Assembly (NCBI GenBank): GCA_050292445.1
Contig: JBNKLQ010000001.1
Location: 1 to 50,316, forward strand
Direction of reading: 5' to 3'
DNA: 50,316 bases
From: Candidatus Promineifilaceae bacterium
Lineage (GTDB): Bacteria > Chloroflexota > Anaerolineae > Promineifilales > Promineifilaceae
This document shows, in pieces, positions 28,527-34,644 of the stretch. A program made the translations under genes and the position numbers. Below the pieces are notes generated by a model. It was not told the origin of the DNA and did not search any database. It saw only the letters and a list, made by a program, of their open reading frames with translations. Numbering within the stretch: position 1 is the first letter of the stretch; each line of letters starts with the position of its first letter.

Positions 28527-28544
28527 ATTAGACAATCGTCTAAT
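28527..28544. promoter_or_regulatory. Candidate operator upstream of the ABC exporter operon
   Basis: ATTAGAC-aatc-GTCTAAT, a perfect 7-bp inverted repeat. A second inverted repeat, GGAAAAC-tgtaa-GTTTTCC, lies at 28503-28521. Confidence 0.3.
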
Positions 28545-28769
28545 AGAACAAATTAGTTTATATCAAACCTGCCGTAGATGTCCACCTTTTGTTTTTAATT
28601 GCCCCCTAATTGCCACTGTGTGATTGGCAAAAACCTTTCCGCTTTTACATGGTATGGCAATCACTCTCTAAAGATTAGAGTCCAAAGCAGCAAATTTGGT
28701 GAGAAACACAAAATTAAACAACGATTTTGTTTGAAATCACATTATTTTGGCGAAAAATCAAAATTGTTG

Positions 28770-28798
28770 TTGACAACGCCAAAATTTTTGTGTATATT
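28770..28798 (+). promoter_or_regulatory. Sigma-70-type promoter of the DUF2089 cassette
   Basis: TTGACA (28770-28775), a 17-nt spacer, then TATATT (28793-28798). Confidence 0.5.
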
Positions 28799-28852
28799 GC
28801 CCACATCGTTTAATTTTTTAGAGAATAATTGACACAAAAGGAAATTTTGTTC

Positions 28853-29251
28853 ATGCGAAAGCTGCTAGAAAAGTGCCCTGCCTGTGCTGGTGAGCTGGTT
28901 GTAACGCAACAGACCTGTCGCAGCTGTGGCACGATGGTTGTAGGGGAATTCACCCCCAATATTTTCTCCAAACTCTCCCCAGAAAACCTTCATTTTCTGG
29001 AGCTGTTTGTCAAAAATAAGGGCAACGTCAAGGAGATGGAGCGCGAGATTGGTATGTCTTACTGGACCATTCGCAACCGCCTGAACGAAATTGTAGAGGC
29101 GCTCGGCTTTGAAAACAAGGATGTGGAACCGGTGGCCTCTGAAGAATCGCTGCGCCATAGTCGCCAGGAAATTCTGGCTCGCGTGGACCGTGGCGAGATT
29201 GATGTCAATGAAGCCGCCCAACTGCTGAAGCAGTTAAAGTCAGCGGCCTAA
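28853..29251 (+). CDS. DUF2089-type protein: N-terminal zinc ribbon, HTH-like middle, C-terminal SHOCT-like helix
   Basis: CPACAGELVVTQQTCRSCGTMVVGEF (CxxC-N12-CxxC), then LHFLELFVKNKGNVKEMEREIGMSYWTIRNRLNEIVEALG, then RQEILARVDRGEIDVNEAAQLLKQL. The ATG at 28853 is preferred; the ORF opens at 28829. Confidence 0.75.
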   Translation: MRKLLEKCPACAGELVVTQQTCRSCGTMVVGEFTPNIFSKLSPENLHFLELFVKNKGNVKEMEREIGMSYWTIRNRLNEIVEALGFENKDVEPVASEESLRHSRQEILARVDRGEIDVNEAAQLLKQLKSAA

Positions 29252-29340
29252 CAACAAGCCAAACCTTAAACAGAAAATTGAGTAAACGTTTGCGGCAACG
29301 GCCGTCTGGCTGTTGCTGCTCCCTGCCAATGGCCACTTGG

Positions 29341-29366
29341 TAGGTCAATTTTACAAAATTGACCTA
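29341..29366. promoter_or_regulatory. Perfect palindrome TAGGTCAATTTT-AC-AAAATTGACCTA (candidate operator)
   Basis: 12-bp arms that are exact reverse complements. It lies 21 nt upstream of the ATG at 29387. A near-identical copy is at 30176-30200. Confidence 0.6.
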
Positions 29367-29386
29367 CAGTGATAAAGGAGAATCTC

Positions 29387-30178
29387 ATGAAGGAAGAACG
29401 AGCCCAGATTTTAGAGATGTTGCAAAAAGGAAAAATCACCGTGGATGAGGCGGATTTGTTGCTGGAAGCTTTGGGAGAAACGGCCGTACCGCACCAATCA
29501 TCCCCACCGGTCAAAAACATTACGCCGCCCGACCCGCTCAAGCTAGTCAAACCGCTGCATACCAACCCCAAACTCAGCGCTGAACAAATCCTCCAACTCA
29601 ACCGTGAAGGCGTAGATCCCGACTTCATTCGTGCGGTGCGCCACTTGCCGCACACGGCGCTTTCTGGCGACAACATTGTGCAGATGGCTGTTGAAGGTGT
29701 GGCCCCGGAGTTTATTACGGCCGTTGGTCAACTAGAAAACCTGCCCCTGACTGGGGACAACATCGTGCAAATGGGCATAGAAGGGGTTGACCCAGCCTTT
29801 TTACAAGCGCTTAGCGGGTTGGAATTATCTCAACTTTCCGGTGACAACATTGTGCAGATGGGCATAGAAGGGGTTGATTCGGACTTTCTCCGTGCAGTTA
29901 GCGGATTGAAGTCATCTGAGTTAACGGGCGACAACATCGTGCAAATGGGTATCGAAGGAGTTGATCCTGATTTTATACAAGCGGTTAGCGGATTAAAGGT
30001 GTCCGGGTTGACCGGCGACAACATTGTGCAGATGGGTATTGAAGGAGTGGATGAAGCATTCATTCAAAAAATGAAAGAAGCCGATTTTATCCAGGAGCTT
30101 GATGGTGATGCCTTTGTCCAAATGGCCATAGAAGGCATAGACGACGAACTGTTAAAAGAAACGATACAACTTTTGTAG
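29387..30178 (+). CDS. SHOCT-like N-terminal helix plus seven 29-residue tandem repeats (acidic paralogue), hypothetical
   Basis: RBS AAGGAG lies 6 nt before the ATG at 29387. N-terminus MKEERAQILEMLQKGKITVDEADLLLEAL, then a Pro-rich linker. Repeats of the form L(S/T)GDNIVQMGIEGVDPDFIQAVSGL follow. No signal peptide or TM helix. Confidence 0.75.
   Translation: MKEERAQILEMLQKGKITVDEADLLLEALGETAVPHQSSPPVKNITPPDPLKLVKPLHTNPKLSAEQILQLNREGVDPDFIRAVRHLPHTALSGDNIVQMAVEGVAPEFITAVGQLENLPLTGDNIVQMGIEGVDPAFLQALSGLELSQLSGDNIVQMGIEGVDSDFLRAVSGLKSSELTGDNIVQMGIEGVDPDFIQAVSGLKVSGLTGDNIVQMGIEGVDEAFIQKMKEADFIQELDGDAFVQMAIEGIDDELLKETIQLL
29573..30175 (+). repeat. Seven tandem 87-bp (29-codon) coding repeats
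   Basis: GG(C/T/G)GACAACAT(T/C)GTGCA(G/A)ATGGG(C/T)AT(A/C/T)GAAGG(G/A)GT recurs with an 87-bp period at about 29667, 29754, 29841, 29928 and 30015. Confidence 0.85.
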
Positions 30179-30200
30179 GTCAATTTTGCAAAATTGACCC
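30176..30200. promoter_or_regulatory. Palindrome GGTCAATTTT-GC-AAAATTGACC (second copy of the candidate operator)
   Basis: 10-bp perfect arms. It overlaps the TAG stop of the upstream gene and lies 18 nt before the ATG at 30218. Confidence 0.6.
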
Positions 30201-30217
30201 ACTTTCAGGAGAACAAA

Positions 30218-31411
30218 ATGAACGACGAACGCAAAATGATTTTAACCATGCTGGCCGAAGGCAAAGTCTCGGCTGATGAAGCTAATTTACTGCTAGAAGC
30301 CTTGGCCACTAGCCAAACCAAACCCACCCCGCCAATACCGCCCACACCGCCAAAACTGGTAACACCACCTGCCTTCGTGAACCCGGTGCGCTGGGAAAAT
30401 GAAGCGCCCCAACGCCACCATCGGCACCCGCACATTACGCCGCAATTTGTGGACGCGATGGCTCAAGTTGGGCTAAAAGATTTGACAGAAGATGAGCTGT
30501 GGCAGCTGCAAATTCATCATGTGCATCCTGGTTACATTCGTCGGCTGCGCGATGCCGGGTTGACAGACCTCAGCGTAGATGACATTGTGCAAATGTCTAT
30601 TCACCATGTGCGGCCAGAACTTGTTCAAGGGATTCGTAGTCTGGGGCTGACGCACCTCACGGTAGATGATGTGGTTCAGCTTGGTACTCACCATGTGCGC
30701 ACCGATTATCTGCGGCAGGTACAGGAGTTGGGCTTAACCGATCTTACCGTGGACGACATCGTCCAGCTCAGCATCCACCGCGTGCGCCCGGAAATGATTC
30801 AGGAAATCCGTGAGCTGGGGCTGGATGATTTGACCGTAGACGACGTTGTGCAGTTGGGCATCCACAACGTACGGCCGAATCTGGTACGAGAAGTGCGCAG
30901 CATGGGCCTGACTGACCTTACCATCGACCAGATCGTGCAGCTGGGCATCCACAACATCCGTCCAGACCTCATCCAACAGCTGCAAGCCACCAATCTAGGG
31001 CCATTCGATCTGGACACCATCATCAATATGGGCATTCATCACGTCACGGCCGATTACATCAAAACGATGCACAGCTTTGGTCTGCCTGATTTGGATGCCG
31101 AGCAATTGGTGAATATGCGGATTCACGGCGTTGATCCGCACTTTGTGGCTGGCATCATGGCGCTGAATCTGCCCGATGTAACGGCCGAAACACTCGTCAC
31201 CATGCGCATTCACGGCCTGCGGCCCCAACATGCCCAAAAACTGCAAGAGATTTTAGGCAAATCGCTCACAGCCGATGATTTGGTCACCATGAAAATCCAT
31301 GGCGTTTCCCCCAAATTTGCCACGCGCATGAAGGCAAAGATGGGCGATGCGCTTACGGCGGATGAACTGGTGAACATGATGATTCATGGTGAGCCAGAAG
31401 GGGCCTGGTGA
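30218..31411 (+). CDS. SHOCT-like N-terminal helix plus about 10.6 29-residue tandem repeats (His/Arg-rich paralogue), hypothetical
   Basis: RBS CAGGAG lies before the ATG at 30218. N-terminus MNDERKMILTMLAEGKVSADEANLLLEAL, then a Pro-rich linker. Repeats of the form LTVDDIVQLGIH(H/N/G)VRPxLIxEIRxLGLTD follow without a single indel. Confidence 0.75.
   Translation: MNDERKMILTMLAEGKVSADEANLLLEALATSQTKPTPPIPPTPPKLVTPPAFVNPVRWENEAPQRHHRHPHITPQFVDAMAQVGLKDLTEDELWQLQIHHVHPGYIRRLRDAGLTDLSVDDIVQMSIHHVRPELVQGIRSLGLTHLTVDDVVQLGTHHVRTDYLRQVQELGLTDLTVDDIVQLSIHRVRPEMIQEIRELGLDDLTVDDVVQLGIHNVRPNLVREVRSMGLTDLTIDQIVQLGIHNIRPDLIQQLQATNLGPFDLDTIINMGIHHVTADYIKTMHSFGLPDLDAEQLVNMRIHGVDPHFVAGIMALNLPDVTAETLVTMRIHGLRPQHAQKLQEILGKSLTADDLVTMKIHGVSPKFATRMKAKMGDALTADELVNMMIHGEPEGAW
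30482..31408 (+). repeat. About 10.6 tandem 87-bp coding repeats (diverged at nucleotide level)
   Basis: A strict 29-codon periodicity is seen in the translation from aa 89 to the C-terminus. Confidence 0.8.
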
Positions 31412-31490
31412 TCGATAATCAGTGTTCAGTAAGTCAGTGATCAGGGAGTCAGTTTTTACTGATTACCGATTACTGACTCACTGATTACTG
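31409..31490. repeat. CAGT-unit hairpin element, copy 3 (between convergent genes)
   Basis: TGATCGATAATCAGTGTTCAGTAAGTCAGTGATCAGGGAGTCAGT-tttt-ACTGATTACCGATTACTGACTCACTGATTACTG. It covers both flanking stop codons. Confidence 0.7.
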
Positions 31491-33882
31491 TTAAAATTGT
31501 TTCGCTATTGTGAAGATTTAGCAGGGGGAAGGTCTTACTGCTTTCGTCCAGGGGGAGACGGCCGTTTTCCAGCAAAAGTAGTCGTTGTGAAGTGAGTAAA
31601 TGAATGAGGGTGTCCTCAGGCTTGGGCACAGCAGCAACGAGATCGCTGCGTCGGGCCACCAGCGATTTACCTTTGTCGTTTTCTTTTTCTGGCTGAGTAA
31701 CCCAATTGGCCAGGAGCTGACGGCCATAGCCATCATTCGTAATGAGCAAGATGGGGTCGTGGGGTTGGCAGAGTACGGCCGTTTCCACCCGATCCCCCTT
31801 GGCCACGTTCATCAACTGCGTGCCAGAACCGCGCAAACTGCCCACCTGGCTGCGTAATCCTTTGCCGCTGCGCGTGAGCAGCAGCAGCGTTTCATCTCCC
31901 TCAGCACCATCCGCAAACACAGGCACGCCCGGCAGCGGTTGGTCAAACATCAACGGCACAGGGGCTTCAATGCTCTCAATCATGACACGGGTGGGATACG
32001 GCCGTGCCAACCCCGCCGAAGTCACTAGCAGCAGTTTCTCCTGTTGTTTAATATCGCGCCAGCGAGCCACCGTACACAACACTTCCCGTTTGCCCAATTG
32101 GAACACCTGATTCAGCGTTACCTTAGCCACCTGCTGTTCCGCCAACTGGCGCGGCGTCAGCAGCAAAAAGCGATAAGTGGAGGTGAGAATCAGCAGCTGT
32201 TCATCCCAATCGGCCGTAATTGCTCGTAGACCATTGCTCGGCAATCCCAATTCAGACAAATTCACAGATTCCGCAGATTTTTTCTCTAAATCTCTGCGCT
32301 CTCCGCATTCTCTGCGGTTAAAAATCTTCGGCAAGGGAACGGCCGTAATCGTTTTATCATCCCCCAGCACCACCAGCGCCCGGTCCGACTGGGCTGATTC
32401 CGCCTCAACCACGCCTTCCTGCACCTGGATGCGCCGCCGCAGCATGTCGATGTTGGCCGGGCTCACTTTCGGGCGGCTGGTTTCCACTGGTTCTGCCGAG
32501 GCTACATCAGCGGGCGTGTATGCCTGGGTCGTTTCTGTGCCATCGTCTAGCCCTTGGGCAAAGATGCCCAACCCGGCCGTGACGCTGCTAAACGTATCTA
32601 CGCGCCGAACTTTTTCCGGGCCAAACTTGTGCTGCAACATCTCGTCAAACGCTGGCACCTGGCTGGAGCCTCCGGTGCGAATGACGGCGTCAATTTGTTC
32701 TGGCTTTAGCCCGGATACTGCCATTGTTTCGTCGATGTGGGCATCAATCGCCTGAATTTCGGCGCGAATGATCGTTTCAAATTCGCTGCGGGTGACAAAC
32801 TCCTGCACCTTGAAGCCCGGCCCTTCCAGCGTAATCGTTGCCCCGCGCTTATCGGACAACGTGCGCTTGGCCTGCTCCACGATGTCGAACATTTGCAGGC
32901 CGTAGTTGCTAGAGACCAGGCTTTCTAGCGCTTCGATCTGGTAGCGGCGCTGGGCAGTTTGGGCGATGTCGCGCAGCATTCTTTTATTTTCGGCCGTTTG
33001 CAGTTCCAAAATGGTTTGCCAACTAGAAAATGAATCAAAAATCCAGTTGGGTACGGTAAGCGCCTTGTGCCGTGGGCCAAAGTAGCTACCCTGGCCAAAG
33101 TGGCGCGGCAGCTTGGCCCGCACCAGCTTCTGGTCGAACACGTCACCGGCCACGGGAATACCGCCGGTGGCCAACACCCGCTGCTGGGTGCGCTCGCCCA
33201 GGCGCATCACCGTCAGATCCAGCGTACCGCCGCCAAAGTCAAAGACGAGCACGTTTTGTGGTGTATCGATGCTGGCTTCGTAGCTGTAGGCGGCGGCAAT
33301 GGGTTCGCGTTGCAGATAGACGGTTTCGTAGCCCGCCTGGAACGCCGCTTGCAGTAGACGCGCCTCGGCCAGCCGATCTTTGTCTGGGTCGGTGGCAAAG
33401 CGGACGGGGCGGCCTAACACCACCTGGCGCAGCGGTTGGCCCAGATGCTGTTCGGCGCGCGTTTTAGTGATGTTGAGGTAGAGGGCGATCAAATTTTCTA
33501 GCGAGTAATAATGCTGGCCGATGACGGTGCCGGGGTAGTCGGCATCGCGCAGACTGGTTTTGATGGAGAGCAGCAGCCGCCCTGGCGAGTAGACATCGAC
33601 GTAGACGTAGACATCGGTGACGTAATGCATGTCGGCTCCGCGAATTTCAATCTCGCCGATCCACACCTTTTTGGTTTTGACGGGACGACCGACGTTTTGC
33701 TCGAAGTAGCGGTTGAGGGCGTCGCGGCCAATATAAATTTGCTGCTCGTTGGTGATGTAGAGCGCGGTACGAGCGACGCGTGGGTTATTGTTGGCTGGAT
33801 CGAGTGGGATAATGTTCACGGAACGGCCGTTATACACCGCCATCCCTGAATTTGTGGTCCCAAAATCCATCCCCACAATCAT
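31456..33882 (-). CDS. Hsp70-family ATPase (actin-like nucleotide-binding domain) with a long non-canonical C-terminal region
   Basis: Phosphate-1 motif IVGMDFGTTNSGMAV, phosphate-2 motif VLVFDFGGGTLDLTVM and adenosine motif AVIRTGGSSQVPAF. The C-terminal ~340 aa is unlike the DnaK substrate-binding domain. Confidence 0.85.
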   Translation of the reverse strand: MIVGMDFGTTNSGMAVYNGRSVNIIPLDPANNNPRVARTALYITNEQQIYIGRDALNRYFEQNVGRPVKTKKVWIGEIEIRGADMHYVTDVYVYVDVYSPGRLLLSIKTSLRDADYPGTVIGQHYYSLENLIALYLNITKTRAEQHLGQPLRQVVLGRPVRFATDPDKDRLAEARLLQAAFQAGYETVYLQREPIAAAYSYEASIDTPQNVLVFDFGGGTLDLTVMRLGERTQQRVLATGGIPVAGDVFDQKLVRAKLPRHFGQGSYFGPRHKALTVPNWIFDSFSSWQTILELQTAENKRMLRDIAQTAQRRYQIEALESLVSSNYGLQMFDIVEQAKRTLSDKRGATITLEGPGFKVQEFVTRSEFETIIRAEIQAIDAHIDETMAVSGLKPEQIDAVIRTGGSSQVPAFDEMLQHKFGPEKVRRVDTFSSVTAGLGIFAQGLDDGTETTQAYTPADVASAEPVETSRPKVSPANIDMLRRRIQVQEGVVEAESAQSDRALVVLGDDKTITAVPLPKIFNRRECGERRDLEKKSAESVNLSELGLPSNGLRAITADWDEQLLILTSTYRFLLLTPRQLAEQQVAKVTLNQVFQLGKREVLCTVARWRDIKQQEKLLLVTSAGLARPYPTRVMIESIEAPVPLMFDQPLPGVPVFADGAEGDETLLLLTRSGKGLRSQVGSLRGSGTQLMNVAKGDRVETAVLCQPHDPILLITNDGYGRQLLANWVTQPEKENDKGKSLVARRSDLVAAVPKPEDTLIHLLTSQRLLLLENGRLPLDESSKTFPLLNLHNSETILTVISESVIGNQ

Positions 33883-33978
33883 GGTTCACCTCCTTATGGC
33901 TAAACTGTGACTTTACTGACCGAATCAACCAGTCTAAACGTGCCCTGGCGTTTCGTCAAATTTTAGCTGTAGAATTTA

Positions 33979-34033
33979 ATACGAAGGAACGATGGGAGGA
34001 AGAAACAAAGAAATTAGCTTCTTTGTTCCTTCA
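33979..34033. repeat. Hairpin repeat family 2, copy B
   Basis: ATACGAAGGAAC...GAAGAAACAAAGAAATTAGCTTCTTTGTTCCTTC has the same blocks as 521-600. It lies in a divergent intergenic region. Confidence 0.55.
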
Positions 34034-34083
34034 TATAAATTTACGGTTGTTAGTGAAGGCGAATTGCCGTATAAACAACACTT

Positions 34084-34638
34084 ATGGTAGAAGATTGGGA
34101 AAAACTCAACAGCGAAGAGATTGCCAATTTCCGCATTTTTAAGATGCGACGGGACACACGGCGTTCGCCACGGACAGGGAAGGAACACAGTTTTTTTGTG
34201 TTGGAGTCGCCGGATTGGGTGAACGTGGTGCCGCTGACGTCGGACGGCCAGGTGGTGATGATTCACCAGTTTCGCCACGGTACGGCCGAAGTGACACTGG
34301 AGATTCCCGGCGGCATGGTAGATGCCCACGAGGACGATCCAGCCGAATCGGTGCGGCGGGAGCTGCTAGAAGAGACGGGCTACGCGGCGGACGAGATCAT
34401 CCACATTGGCACCGTCGATCCAAATCCGGCATTTTTGAACAACCAGTGCCACACTTACCTGGCGCTGAATGCGCGTTGGCAGCAGCCACCCCAGTTTGAT
34501 GGGGCGGAAGATATTGCGGTGGAGTTGGTGCCTCTTGAAGACGTGCCGGGGTTGATTGGGAACGGCCGTATCACCCATGCCCTCGTCGTGGCGGCGTTCT
34601 ACCATTACGAAAATTATAAAAAGCAAAGTGAAAAGTAG
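34084..34638 (+). CDS. NUDIX hydrolase (ADP-ribose pyrophosphatase-like)
   Basis: The Nudix box GGMVDAHEDDPAESVRRELLEETGY fits GX5EX7REUXEEXGU. Confidence 0.85.
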   Translation: MVEDWEKLNSEEIANFRIFKMRRDTRRSPRTGKEHSFFVLESPDWVNVVPLTSDGQVVMIHQFRHGTAEVTLEIPGGMVDAHEDDPAESVRRELLEETGYAADEIIHIGTVDPNPAFLNNQCHTYLALNARWQQPPQFDGAEDIAVELVPLEDVPGLIGNGRITHALVVAAFYHYENYKKQSEK

Positions 34639-34644
34639 GGACAA

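Noticed and set aside
28599-28832. 77-aa ORF in the AT-rich spacer upstream of the DUF2089 gene
   Set aside because: It lies across the predicted promoter, has an AT-rich low-complexity translation and has no RBS. The region is better explained as regulatory DNA.
29573-31408. Possible CRISPR array, because of regular 87-bp periodicity
   Set aside because: The periodic units lie inside two long ORFs with conserved 29-residue protein repeats. There are no unique spacers and no cas genes. They are coding tandem repeats, not CRISPR.
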